The notes under the pieces were generated by a model. That model ran no database searches, was not told the origin of the DNA, and saw only the letters and a list, made by a program, of their open reading frames with translations. A program made the translations under genes and the position numbers. A stretch of DNA of 64,000 nt from a virus (Duplodnaviria; Caudoviricetes): the IMG/VR virus record IMGVR_UViG_2671180868_000001, positions 2,117 through 66,116 of that record; one strand, written 5' to 3'. This document shows positions 18,267-27,930 of this stretch, in pieces. How positions within the stretch are numbered: position 1 is the first letter of the stretch; each line of letters begins with the position of its first letter.

Positions 18267-19042
18267 GTATGCAGGGTTTAGATGATAAACGTGAATTTGC
18301 AGAAATCATGAAAGCCACTCTGGCGATATACGGCAAAGATGCATCGAAAGCTGTGCTGGAACTCTATTGGAATGCGTTGCTGCCCAACGATATCGACACA
18401 GTACGCCAGGCATTCAGCAATTGGTTGACCGATCCGGATCAGGGCCGTTTCTCACCAAAACCTGCCGATATTATCCGCAATATTCAACATATTGCCGGTA
18501 AACCCGATTGGCTGTCAGCGAATGAGGCGTGGGCATTGGCATTACCGGCGCAAGATGAGGCTAACACTGTGGTCTGGACGAATGAAATTGCCCAAGCCTG
18601 GAATATTGCTCAGCCAATTATGCAGGAAGGTGACAAAGTTGGGGCGCGTATGGCTTTCATCGCAGCCTATGAGCGGCTGACTAAGGCAGCACAAGGGGCA
18701 GGCCGATTACCGGAGTGGTCAGTATCAGAGGGATGGAACAAAGAAACGGTAAAACGCACGGTTGAGCAGGCGGTAACAACAGGACTCCTGCCCAAACCTA
18801 AAGCTGAGAAATATCAGTTATTGCTACCAGACAAAAACAAGCTCGGGGAAGGAGTTCCAACAAAAATTCGTCATTTTTTAGACGAACTGAAAGACAAAAT
18901 TAAACAGGATCAGGAGGAACGAGCAAGGAAATGGCGCGATGAAAGTATCAGGTTACAAGAGTCTCTGGACAGTAAACACCGAGAGTCATTGCAGCAGGCC
19001 GCCGACCACGGTTTGCAAAATAATCAAATTACTGAGGACTGA
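18263..19042 (+). CDS. Replication protein in the P position (helicase loader/inhibitor-like)
   Basis: FSPKPADII, ANEAW, GARMAFIAAYERL motifs; follows O. Confidence 0.65.
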   Translation: MSMQGLDDKREFAEIMKATLAIYGKDASKAVLELYWNALLPNDIDTVRQAFSNWLTDPDQGRFSPKPADIIRNIQHIAGKPDWLSANEAWALALPAQDEANTVVWTNEIAQAWNIAQPIMQEGDKVGARMAFIAAYERLTKAAQGAGRLPEWSVSEGWNKETVKRTVEQAVTTGLLPKPKAEKYQLLLPDKNKLGEGVPTKIRHFLDELKDKIKQDQEERARKWRDESIRLQESLDSKHRESLQQAADHGLQNNQITED

Positions 19043-19045
19043 CCA

Positions 19046-20182
19046 ATGAGCATTAATTTCAAGAACGTGTTGATTTACAAACTATCCCGCGATGTCTCTT
19101 TCGCTGATTTGGAACAGCAACTGGCGCAATTCGCATTCACACCCTGCGGTAGCCAGGATAGGGCAAAAACCGGTTGGATATCGCCCATGGGTAACGAAAG
19201 CGCCGCGCTAGCGCATGTGGCTAACCAGCAAATCCTGATCACATTGCAGTGTGAAAAAAAGGATTTGCCTGCGCCGGTTATCGCCCGTGAGCTGGCGAGT
19301 AAAGTTGAGCGTTTGGAGCAAGAGCAACACCGTAAACTGAAAAAAACAGAAAAAGACTCGCTGAAAGATGAAGTTATCCAGACTCTGCTGCCACGGGCCT
19401 TTAGCAAATACTCTACAACATCCCTCTGGATTAACGCAGGGGCTGGGTTAATCATCATCGATGCCGCTAGCGCGCGAAAAGCTGAAAATGCATTGTCATT
19501 ACTGCGCAAAACCATGGGCTCTCTGCCAGTTATCCCTCTGACACTCAATACCCCGATTGAACTGACGTTAACCGAGTGGTTGCGCTCAGATGCAGCGCCT
19601 GCTGGGTTTGTGCTTCAGGAAGAAGCTGAGCTAAAAGCCGTTTTGGAGCAGGGTGGCATTCTGCGCAGTAAGCACCAAGATTTGGTCACTGACGAGATCC
19701 GTGGGCATATCGCCGCCGGTAAACTGGTGACCAAACTGGCGCTGGAGTGGCAGGGCCGCATTAGCTTCATGTTGTACGACGATGGCAGCCTGAAGAAAGT
19801 GAAATACAGTGCCACGCTGTTGGAGCAAAACGACGATATTGATCGGGAAGATTACGCTCAGCGTTTTGATGCGGACTTTATTCTGATGACGGGTGAACTG
19901 GCAGCGCTCATTGCCCATTTGGTTGATGCGCTGGGTGGCGAGGCAACCAGTAGTTCATGGGTCGATTTGGACGGCGTAGAGCGAGACGATGATGATCGCT
20001 ATCCTGAAGCAGTGGAGTTCATCAAGACGAGGGGGAAAGCTTCAATCTCTGGGCTACAGCGTGAACTCCGCATTGGTTATAACCGTGCTGCCTGGCTGCT
20101 GGAAAGAATGCAGGTGGAAGGCATTGTGTCACAACCCACGCCAGACGGAACCCGCCAAGTGCTGGTCGGGGAGGGCGCGTAA
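19046..20182 (+). CDS. rdgC: RdgC fused to a C-terminal FtsK-gamma domain
   Basis: FKNVLIYKL...FDADFILM, then [31 protein letters not shown]. Confidence 0.9.
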   Translation: MSINFKNVLIYKLSRDVSFADLEQQLAQFAFTPCGSQDRAKTGWISPMGNESAALAHVANQQILITLQCEKKDLPAPVIARELASKVERLEQEQHRKLKKTEKDSLKDEVIQTLLPRAFSKYSTTSLWINAGAGLIIIDAASARKAENALSLLRKTMGSLPVIPLTLNTPIELTLTEWLRSDAAPAGFVLQEEAELKAVLEQGGILRSKHQDLVTDEIRGHIAAGKLVTKLALEWQGRISFMLYDDGSLKKVKYSATLLEQNDDIDREDYAQRFDADFILMTGELAALIAHLVDALGGEATSSSWVDLDGVERDDDDRYPEAVEFIKTRGKASISGLQRELRIGYNRAAWLLERMQVEGIVSQPTPDGTRQVLVGEGA

Positions 20183-20529
20183 TGGTGATCAAGCCACAGG
20201 TACCCAATGCCGAAAGGGATGGCATTAACCACGATATCAGGTCGATGCGTCTGGCTGGCCGGTTAAACGAGGCCAACAGCCAGTTAAATCGGGTGATCGC
20301 CGCTGCCAGTGGGGCTGACTGGCGAACCCTGCGCGATCTCGAAAAATTATTATCCCAGATGTTCCCCGGTGAAGGTGATACCCAGACCGCGATAAGCGCA
20401 CGTCTGCGCGAGATCAATCCTGTCCGTCATGGGCTGGTGAAACAGGTCAGAACTGTCCGAAATGAAGATAGCGGTAAGCGGGTTTGGTTTTATCGGCTGG
20501 TTCCTACCACGCAAGGAGGCATGCAATGA
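20182..20529 (+). CDS. Hypothetical wHTH protein
   Basis: WRTLRDL...AISARLRE...WFYRL. Confidence 0.65.
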   Translation: MVIKPQVPNAERDGINHDIRSMRLAGRLNEANSQLNRVIAAASGADWRTLRDLEKLLSQMFPGEGDTQTAISARLREINPVRHGLVKQVRTVRNEDSGKRVWFYRLVPTTQGGMQ

Positions 20530-21452
20530 GTTACCAGATTTTTATCGGTGATTGCATAGACTCAATGCGCAAAATGGCAGATCAATCCGTTCATAGCTGC
20601 ATTACCAGCCCGCCGTATTATGGGCTGCGTGATTATGGTGTTGAAGGGCAGATTGGTTTAGAGGAAAGCCCAGAGGCGTTTATTCAACGGCTTGTTGGGG
20701 TATTTAGTGAAGTTCGCCGTGTTCTTCGTGACGATGGGACATTATGGGTAAACATGGGGGATAGTTGGGGCAAAGGGAAGCAACTGAATGGAATACCGTG
20801 GCGTTTCGCCTTTGCGTTACAAAATGACGGCTGGATCCTCCGCCAAGATATTATTTGGCACAAATCTAATCCTATGCCAGAGAGCGTACGTGACCGCTGT
20901 ACCAAAGCCCACGAATATATTTTCTTGTTGAGTAAGTCGAAAAGCTATTACTTCGATCATGAAGCAATTAGGGAGCCATCTGTCTACAACGGTAAAAATA
21001 GCGGTGTCGGCTTTGGGCATGGCATGGATAAGAGTGACAGAAATCGAGGGAGGATATCAGCCCGCGATAACTTCAAACGGGAAGGTAGTAAGCGTGCGGT
21101 AGTTATACCGGGGCAAAATGTGGGTACTCATCGTGCCGATCGTAAATATACCGTCTCAGACGGTATGCGTGCAAAACGCAACGTTTGGACTGTGGCCACT
21201 CGGGGCTACAAAGAAGCCCATTTCGCTACTTTCCCGCCAGCACTTATTGAACCTTGTGTTTTGGCTGGTTGTCCGGCTGGCGGTGTGATCATGGATCCAT
21301 TCGGCGGTAGTGGTACTACTGCTGGCGTAGCTATAGGCAATGGTCGTAAAGCTATTCTTTGCGAATTGAACCCAGCGTACGCTGATTTGGTTCCTGCTCG
21401 TATCGAAAGCATTTTATCTGCGTACCCAGTTAAGAAGGGGTGTGCAGCATGA
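20526..21452 (+). CDS. Beta-class amino-methyltransferase (likely m4C)
   Basis: TSPPY near the N-terminus; DPFGGSGTT near the C-terminus. Confidence 0.9.
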   Translation: MSYQIFIGDCIDSMRKMADQSVHSCITSPPYYGLRDYGVEGQIGLEESPEAFIQRLVGVFSEVRRVLRDDGTLWVNMGDSWGKGKQLNGIPWRFAFALQNDGWILRQDIIWHKSNPMPESVRDRCTKAHEYIFLLSKSKSYYFDHEAIREPSVYNGKNSGVGFGHGMDKSDRNRGRISARDNFKREGSKRAVVIPGQNVGTHRADRKYTVSDGMRAKRNVWTVATRGYKEAHFATFPPALIEPCVLAGCPAGGVIMDPFGGSGTTAGVAIGNGRKAILCELNPAYADLVPARIESILSAYPVKKGCAA

Positions 21453-23509
21453 GATATGGATCAGTGTGCAGTGGTATTGAAGCCGCAAGCCTTGCGTGGG
21501 AACCCCTTGGCTGGTCAGCGGCATGGTTTAGTGAAATAGAACCATTCCCTTCAGCCGTTTTGGCTCACCACTGGCCAGCTATTACTAATCTGGGCGATAT
21601 GACCAAGATTGCTGAATTTGTACGTTCCGGAAAAAAAGTAGAAGCCCCAGACATTCTAGTTGGTGGTACCCCTTGCCAGGCGTTCAGCGTTGCTGGCCTG
21701 CGCAATGGTCTGGCAGATACCCGTGGCCAGTTAACTCTTTCATATGTGGAATTAGCCGATGCAATCGACGACACGCGCCGCCAACGTGGCGAAAAAGAAT
21801 CAATCATCGTCTGGGAAAACGTGCCGGGCGTTCTCAGCAGCAAAGACAACGCATTCGGGTGTTTCCTTGCAGCACTTGCCGGAGAAGATGAGCCACTTGT
21901 CCCATCAGGGAAAAAATGGACGAACGCTGGTTATGTGTCTGGACCCAAAAGAGCAATCGCATGGATCATCAAAGACGCCCAATATTTCGGAGTGGCCCAA
22001 CGCCGCCGCCGTGTGTTCGTTGTCGCAAGTGCTCGAGATGACATTAATCCCGCAGAAATATTATTTGAGTTCGACGGCCTGCGCCGGGATTCTGCGCCGA
22101 GCAGAGAATCGGGGAAAGCGGTTGCCGCCCTTACTGCAAACGGCGTTGGAACATGTGGTGCAGACGACAACCAAGCAACAGCAGGCCATTTAGTCTTAAG
22201 TAAAGCATTCAGAATGACTGCGCTGGGCGAATATGCCGACGATGATACAGCCTCTACATGCAAAGCAAGAGATTACAAAGATGCAACCGATCTGGCTATA
22301 GCATTCAATTGGCAGGCTGGCGGCAATACCTCGTCAACGCTTGGATTTAGAGAAATTAGCGGAGCACTACAATGTAATAATATTCCTGCGGTTCTTTTCC
22401 AGAAAGAGCAGCAGAGCACATGTATCGATATTCCTCTCTATGCATTCAGCTATAAAGATTATGGCGGTGATACCTCAGTTGATATATCCCCGACATTACG
22501 AGCGGGAAATAGTTGTGAAAGTAATGCAAATGGTGGTCAGCCTCCAGCGGTAGCTTATTGCCTCCAACATGCTCAAATCGGTAGGGTTGACACCGCAGGC
22601 CCGCAGGGCAAAGTCTGGCAAGAAGAGGTAGGGTTTACACTGGATTCACGCAGCACCGCCGACGCGGTAGTTGTGCAGATGGCAGTTCGTCGCCTAACTC
22701 CACGAGAGTGTGAACGATTACAGGGCATGCCAGATGATCACACGCTCATTCCCTATGGTCGTGCCATTCGCCCTGAAAAAATGGCAGAAGACTATGCAAG
22801 GTATCTGATGCGTGGTGGTCGGACGAAGAGCTTTGAGGATTGCTGTCGTGCTGCGGCTGATGGTCCAAGATATAAAACGATCGGCAACAGCATGGCTGTC
22901 AATGTCATGCAATGGCTCGGTCAGCGAATTGCTGCTGCGTTACCACCCCCGCTCTACGATGTTATTTACGCCGATCCGCCTTGGCAGTATGGAAGTAAGC
23001 CCAATCGTGGTGTGAGTCTGGAATATTCCACTATGTCTTTAACAGAGCTTTGCACAATGCAGGTTCGTGGGATAGCCAGTCAAAATGCTGCGTTGTTCAT
23101 GTGGGTAACGGGCGCCATGGTGTCGGAGGCACTAACTGTTGGCGCTGCTTGGGGCTTTAAATTCATCCGTATCGATAAAGTATGGGAGAAGAAGAAACAT
23201 ACCGGCAGTCGTCATGGTGTGGTCGGCCCTTGGGGTATGAATGACGCTGAATTTCTGCTGCTATTTACCCGTGGCAAAGTTTGTGGCAACCAGACTGAGC
23301 GAAACCAATACACCGTGTATGAAGAAAAATATACCGGTACCCACTCGGGGAAACCTCATTTCTTTCGTGAACAGATCGAGCGCCGATTTAAAAATGCTCG
23401 ACGCATAGAACTGTTTGCGCGCACTTCATCGCCCGGCTGGGACGTTTGGGGTGATCAGGCACCAAATGCCACCAGACTATCCCTCATAGAACCGGAGGGG
23501 GTTTTATGA
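21449..23509 (+). CDS. C5-cytosine MTase fused to an MT-A70-family MTase
   Basis: CSGIEA, GTPCQ, WENV, QRRRR, IGNS; then YADPPW...HSGKP...IELFAR...WGDQ. Confidence 0.88.
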   Translation: MRYGSVCSGIEAASLAWEPLGWSAAWFSEIEPFPSAVLAHHWPAITNLGDMTKIAEFVRSGKKVEAPDILVGGTPCQAFSVAGLRNGLADTRGQLTLSYVELADAIDDTRRQRGEKESIIVWENVPGVLSSKDNAFGCFLAALAGEDEPLVPSGKKWTNAGYVSGPKRAIAWIIKDAQYFGVAQRRRRVFVVASARDDINPAEILFEFDGLRRDSAPSRESGKAVAALTANGVGTCGADDNQATAGHLVLSKAFRMTALGEYADDDTASTCKARDYKDATDLAIAFNWQAGGNTSSTLGFREISGALQCNNIPAVLFQKEQQSTCIDIPLYAFSYKDYGGDTSVDISPTLRAGNSCESNANGGQPPAVAYCLQHAQIGRVDTAGPQGKVWQEEVGFTLDSRSTADAVVVQMAVRRLTPRECERLQGMPDDHTLIPYGRAIRPEKMAEDYARYLMRGGRTKSFEDCCRAAADGPRYKTIGNSMAVNVMQWLGQRIAAALPPPLYDVIYADPPWQYGSKPNRGVSLEYSTMSLTELCTMQVRGIASQNAALFMWVTGAMVSEALTVGAAWGFKFIRIDKVWEKKKHTGSRHGVVGPWGMNDAEFLLLFTRGKVCGNQTERNQYTVYEEKYTGTHSGKPHFFREQIERRFKNARRIELFARTSSPGWDVWGDQAPNATRLSLIEPEGVL

Positions 23510-24153
23510 CAACAGCGCAGCGAACTAAGTCCCCGAGAAAGAAAAAGACTGAGGTGCTGGGCGTCCTGTTACCTGGTGGTGGAATCAAGTACGCCACTGA
23601 TCATGATCGGGAAACTATGAAGGGGGTGCCTGCGGGCACTCCAATCTCAATGAGTCCAATTGGCGACCGGCGCAACCTGAAGCATCACCGTAAATTCTGG
23701 AAATTGTTGGAGCTGGGTTTCTCATATTGGGTACCGGATTGGACCTTTGTTAGTGCGCCAGAGGAATGGATAGCCCATGAGGTGGCTAAAGCTGTGGGTA
23801 GTGCCGCTGGAGATCCAGAACTCTATGAGAATGTTACAAAGTCTATTGCTCAAGCAGTATTAGACAGGGTAATCAGGCAGCGCCAGAAGAGGTTTGATGG
23901 GGAGGCTGTAAAGACTGATGCAGCCTACTTCAACCACGTTATGATCAAGGCCGGATTCTATGACCTGATGCCCAACCCCGAGGGTGGCACATTGAAGCAG
24001 CGCTGGAGTATCGCATTCGTGAATATGGATCAGGGGGCTTTTGACCGTATTTATAAAGGCGTGGCCGGTGTTATCTGGAATGAGACATTAGGCCAGCACT
24101 TTGATAACGAGTATGAAATGGAACAGGCAGTTAACCGACTGCTGGAATACTGA
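23506..24153 (+). CDS. DUF1367-like nin-region protein
   Basis: RNLKHHRKFWKLLELGF.YW and SIAFVNMD. Confidence 0.75.
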   Translation: MTTAQRTKSPRKKKTEVLGVLLPGGGIKYATDHDRETMKGVPAGTPISMSPIGDRRNLKHHRKFWKLLELGFSYWVPDWTFVSAPEEWIAHEVAKAVGSAAGDPELYENVTKSIAQAVLDRVIRQRQKRFDGEAVKTDAAYFNHVMIKAGFYDLMPNPEGGTLKQRWSIAFVNMDQGAFDRIYKGVAGVIWNETLGQHFDNEYEMEQAVNRLLEY

Positions 24154-24163
24154 GGACTGACCA

Positions 24164-24598
24164 ATGAGCGATAATAACGATATTCATGATGATCAAAGTG
24201 ACAATGTATTGGCATTCACCAAGCGATTTAACGAGAACGCTGATATCAAAGAAATGCTGAATTTTGTTAAGGCTGAGCCAGCAGCAAGCCAAAGCCGACG
24301 CTGTACTCATAGTAAAATTTTAGTTGATGATCATCTGCGTCAACTTACTTGCCGCCTGTGTGGTGCTGTAGTGGAAGCATTCGACTGGATTAACTCAGTA
24401 ACGAAAAATGAAACAAAAGTCGATTGGGAACTTAAAGGACTGCGTGGGGAAATTAAGCAACATCGTGAAGGTTTAGAAAAGCTGAAACGTGAAGAGGTTA
24501 ATTGCCGGGCAAGGATTAAGAATGCCGCATTCAAGTTGAATGATATCAATCTCCAGATCAGCAAAGCAGAGAGCGATCTAAGGGATAAAAGTGAGTAA
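24164..24598 (+). CDS. Zn-binding coiled-coil hypothetical protein
   Basis: CTH...CRLC followed by a coiled coil; shared RBS motif. Confidence 0.7.
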   Translation: MSDNNDIHDDQSDNVLAFTKRFNENADIKEMLNFVKAEPAASQSRRCTHSKILVDDHLRQLTCRLCGAVVEAFDWINSVTKNETKVDWELKGLRGEIKQHREGLEKLKREEVNCRARIKNAAFKLNDINLQISKAESDLRDKSE

Positions 24599-24923
24599 GT
24601 CCCCGGCATTTAGAAGCAAAGCCCTGCGCGATTCTGCGAGGGGCCAATTCTGTACGCTCCAGATCCCCGGTATTTGTAACAGTAACCCGGAAACAACGGT
24701 ACTGTGTCATTTGCCCAGTTCCACCCACGGCATGGGATATAAGTCAGATGATTACTGGGCCGTATTTGGGTGCAACTGCTGCCATGATGTTATTGATGGG
24801 CGGGTACCATATGAATGGCAGCCCGGCGAGCTTGAGGAAACGATATTACTGGCATTGCATGCAACTCTTAGGATTTGGCTGGAGGAATCGCTGGTAATCG
24901 CTAAAGGGGGCCAGTTTGCTTAA
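24591..24923 (+). CDS. DUF1364-like putative nuclease
   Basis: SARGQFCTLQIPGIC...TTVLCH...GCNCCHDVIDGR. Confidence 0.8.
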   Translation: MSKSPAFRSKALRDSARGQFCTLQIPGICNSNPETTVLCHLPSSTHGMGYKSDDYWAVFGCNCCHDVIDGRVPYEWQPGELEETILLALHATLRIWLEESLVIAKGGQFA

Positions 24924-25356
24924 TAGCATAGATGCCATTGGCATCATCGGAACAGCAGCAAAGCTGGAAGTGCGTAACGGGAAAGTTCGTAAAGTTTACC
25001 ACCAGGCGGAAACCGAGGAACAGGCTGCGCTGATTGAGTGGGCAGATAAAACTGTTATTGATGGTATTTGTATCGGGGATTATCTGATCCATATCCCCAA
25101 TGAGGGTAAACGCGGGCCAAAGTCTGCGAGGGATGCTAAGCGGCTTGGATTGAGGAAGGGGGTGCCGGATTTGTTTCTGGCTTTGCCGCGTGGTGGGTAT
25201 GCAGGGTTGTGGATAGAGATGAAATCAGAGAAAGGTAAAGCATCAGTCGAACAAAATCAGTGGATTGCGAAATTATGTGATGTAGGTTATCAAGTGGAAA
25301 TTTGCTTTTGTTATGATAGTGCGAAGGAAATGATAGAGCGCTATTTTAGAAATTAA
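24916..25356 (+). CDS. VRR-NUC nuclease
   Basis: HIPNEG, GVPDL, IEMK, EQNQW. Confidence 0.88.
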   Translation: MLNSIDAIGIIGTAAKLEVRNGKVRKVYHQAETEEQAALIEWADKTVIDGICIGDYLIHIPNEGKRGPKSARDAKRLGLRKGVPDLFLALPRGGYAGLWIEMKSEKGKASVEQNQWIAKLCDVGYQVEICFCYDSAKEMIERYFRN

Positions 25357-25427
25357 GCTTTCTTTCTACTGGAGTTTGAGTTTGCATAGTGTATTGGTGA
25401 TTTATTGATGATTAAAGGTGCTCAATA

Positions 25428-26222
25428 ATGTCTGGAAGTAGAAACTTGATAAATGTGTGTTATGAGGGAAGCGGTGGTGACAGTCCTAATAATATAAGAA
25501 CTTGCTATATTGATGGCATTCTCCATTTTTCGTTGCGGGATATTTTTATTGTTTTAAGTAAGGAGAATAGAGAGTTAGGTGTTGCTAACCCTACTCGATA
25601 TATTCCTACACTGATAAAAAACCAAATAAAAGAATTAGATCAAGACGAATACACATTGTTACCTGTGCCTAACGAGGGTTTTGTGGGGGAAAAAGAAGTA
25701 TTCATTACCCAGCCTGGTTTAAATAGAGTTATGGGGACTGACAAGTCAAAAGCAGGGAGAAAGTTTCAGCGCTGGATATATCATGAAGTTGTACCATCAC
25801 TAACAAAACATGGTGAATATCCGCCACCAATGACATTGCAAGGTTCAGCCTTAGCTCAAATGGCTGAAATTGTTGCTCAGACATCACGTATGGTTGCTGA
25901 CACCATCATCCGTCAGGAGCAGTTGGCACAAGAAGTGACTGCTGTTAAAGGCGAAGTGGAAGGGGTTTCTAATCGTTTATCTAAACTCGAAAACAACACA
26001 TTATCAGATGAATTTATACTTTCAGTCAGAGAGTGGTTTGATAAATCAGAGTTGGTTTTAAGTACCCAAAAAGAATTAGAAATTGTCACATGGTGTGAAA
26101 ACCTAAGCTTAACGAATAATCGACCTCGGCAACCATGCCCTTCTGGTGAAAGATTGAGAGCGCGTTTCTATAAAGAAATAATCGAGCAAGCTAAAAACTT
26201 GGTAGAAGATGCTCGTAATTAA
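25428..26222 (+). CDS. BRO-N domain protein (antirepressor-like)
   Basis: FITQPGLNRV...KFQRWIYHEVVPSLTKHGEY. Confidence 0.8.
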   Translation: MSGSRNLINVCYEGSGGDSPNNIRTCYIDGILHFSLRDIFIVLSKENRELGVANPTRYIPTLIKNQIKELDQDEYTLLPVPNEGFVGEKEVFITQPGLNRVMGTDKSKAGRKFQRWIYHEVVPSLTKHGEYPPPMTLQGSALAQMAEIVAQTSRMVADTIIRQEQLAQEVTAVKGEVEGVSNRLSKLENNTLSDEFILSVREWFDKSELVLSTQKELEIVTWCENLSLTNNRPRQPCPSGERLRARFYKEIIEQAKNLVEDARN

Positions 26223-26316
26223 ACGTTCCATAATTTGCAATTGATTTATTTATTGTTGCGAATTATGGGATGAGCTATAGAATCAGTCTTGTGAATTTAA
26301 AGCACAGGACTGACCA

Positions 26317-27126
26317 ATGACCACTGCAATTGAACAACTTATCAAAATGCACGATCCGCGCTGCGTCAGCATAGAATCGCTGAACATTGGCAGAGGTCGT
26401 GCAGTTCTGACCAAAGACCAGATATTAGGTACTTTTGCTACCTGCCAGCATATACACCCTGTCGGATTCGATATTTTGATGACCAAATACCGTAATGACT
26501 GCAAAGCCGAGCAACGCTTACGAGCTGCAATTAGTGTGTGGCTACATAAGCGATCGCATCCACCTCGAGCCATTGCTGCCTGCCAGTTAGCGCTGAATAT
26601 GGTATTGGATAGAAATCTCCCGGCGCAGGTAGAGCAAATTGCAACTTTACTGCGGCGTTACGGATCTCGGACTGGAATGACCAGAAAAGTCGTTGATGGT
26701 CTACAGCAGCAAATCAAATTGCTGGAAAGAGATAAAGCCCAGGCACTTGATGATGGCACTATCGTATTACTGGCAGACGAAATAAAAGCCCTTCAGTCTA
26801 AAATCAAAACAGAACGCGGAGCATTGCGGGCATGGGCTAATCAGCAGGCATCTATAACGCAGGTATGCCCACGTTGCCATGGTGCCGGTAAAATTCTGCG
26901 ACCTCATCCAGAAACATGCAACGAATGCGGTGGTGGTGGCCGTATACCGCCGACAATGGAACATCTGCGCAAATCCATGGGCATCATAGGGACTGAGATA
27001 CCCGCCGGGGAGTGGGCTGCGCAATATGCGCCGGTGGTTAAAGAATGCATGCAATGGCTATATGTAGAAGAGTCCGAAGCTGCTGATATTCTCAAGCAAC
27101 GAATGAGTGAAGAAATCGGGGATTGA
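26317..27126 (+). CDS. Q: Late antiterminator Q (Zn-finger type)
   Basis: CPRCHGAG...CNECGGGG; position before the late promoter and lysis genes. Confidence 0.75.
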   Translation: MTTAIEQLIKMHDPRCVSIESLNIGRGRAVLTKDQILGTFATCQHIHPVGFDILMTKYRNDCKAEQRLRAAISVWLHKRSHPPRAIAACQLALNMVLDRNLPAQVEQIATLLRRYGSRTGMTRKVVDGLQQQIKLLERDKAQALDDGTIVLLADEIKALQSKIKTERGALRAWANQQASITQVCPRCHGAGKILRPHPETCNECGGGGRIPPTMEHLRKSMGIIGTEIPAGEWAAQYAPVVKECMQWLYVEESEAADILKQRMSEEIGD

Positions 27127-27127
27127 T

Positions 27128-27541
27128 ATGGGAATATATGGTGATACAGCAATAGAGGTGGTGAAGCATTATATTCGCGGTCAAGATTTAGAAGAGTCAT
27201 GGTTGCGGCAGATAACTTTTTTTACGACAAGTGAAGTTAGCCGTGAAAAAGGATGCCCTAGATCTGCATTTCTCGGCTTATGTGAGGACGGCTGGGTAAA
27301 GGGAATAAAACGAGGTAATTATATTTTACGTCGAAGAAAATATCCTAATAACAAAGATTATGCCGTCGAGGGAGCAAAAATAGTCTTAGCTAATCCCAGT
27401 AAAGAATATTTAGCGTCTCAACTGTGGGCTGAGGTTAAAAGAGCATTGCTTGGTGGGGCGGAGAATCACAATCAGCAGATGACGGTGGTTATTGCGTTGA
27501 TGAATAATGACCTTTTGCAATACCCTCCATTGACTGAATGA
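27128..27541 (+). CDS. Hypothetical moron protein (DUF6979-like)
   Basis: KGCPRSAFLGLCEDG, NKDYA, HNQQM. Confidence 0.65.
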   Translation: MGIYGDTAIEVVKHYIRGQDLEESWLRQITFFTTSEVSREKGCPRSAFLGLCEDGWVKGIKRGNYILRRRKYPNNKDYAVEGAKIVLANPSKEYLASQLWAEVKRALLGGAENHNQQMTVVIALMNNDLLQYPPLTE

Positions 27542-27602
27542 TTAATACGCGCTAAATTTCCGAAAGATGCCGGAGTATGCTTAAAAGCTGCTCCGGTTTT
27601 TT
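27530..27602 (+). promoter_or_regulatory. pR'-like late promoter 1 with terminator
   Basis: TTGACT-17-TAAATT-4-AAAGATGC; hairpin CCGGAG...CTCCGG then a T run. Confidence 0.85.
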
Positions 27603-27634
27603 ATTGGTCAGTTCCGGTCAGTTCTGACTATCTC

Positions 27635-27666
27635 AAAGCCTGCATGGTTCGCCCAGCAGGCTTTTT
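27635..27666 (+). terminator. Second late-leader terminator
   Basis: AAAGCCTGC...GCAGGCTTTTTT. Confidence 0.75.
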
Positions 27667-27693
27667 TATTTCCCCAAACCGGGGAGGTGGAGC

Positions 27694-27930
27694 ATGAAAA
27701 TGCCTGAAAAAACATCCTTGGCTTCGTACATTACTGGGGTGGTGATGGTGATTATTGGCAAGTTAGGGAGGCTGTTAAATGATTTAACCCTCAATGATTG
27801 GGCCATTGTTATCGGCATCATTATCTGCGTCGCCACGTTCTTCTTAAATGCCTATTGGCAACGTCGTCAAACCAAAGCCATAGAGAAAGCCGCCCGCGAA
27901 GGATACGCCATCATTCGAGGAATTAAATAA
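27694..27930 (+). CDS. Class II (pin)holin with dual start
   Basis: MKM dual start, 2 TMDs, basic C-terminus. Confidence 0.85.
   Translation: MKMPEKTSLASYITGVVMVIIGKLGRLLNDLTLNDWAIVIGIIICVATFFLNAYWQRRQTKAIEKAAREGYAIIRGIK

Noticed and set aside
26317-27930. Shiga toxin or tRNA genes in the Q-lysis interval
   Set aside because: None visible despite the 933W-like architecture
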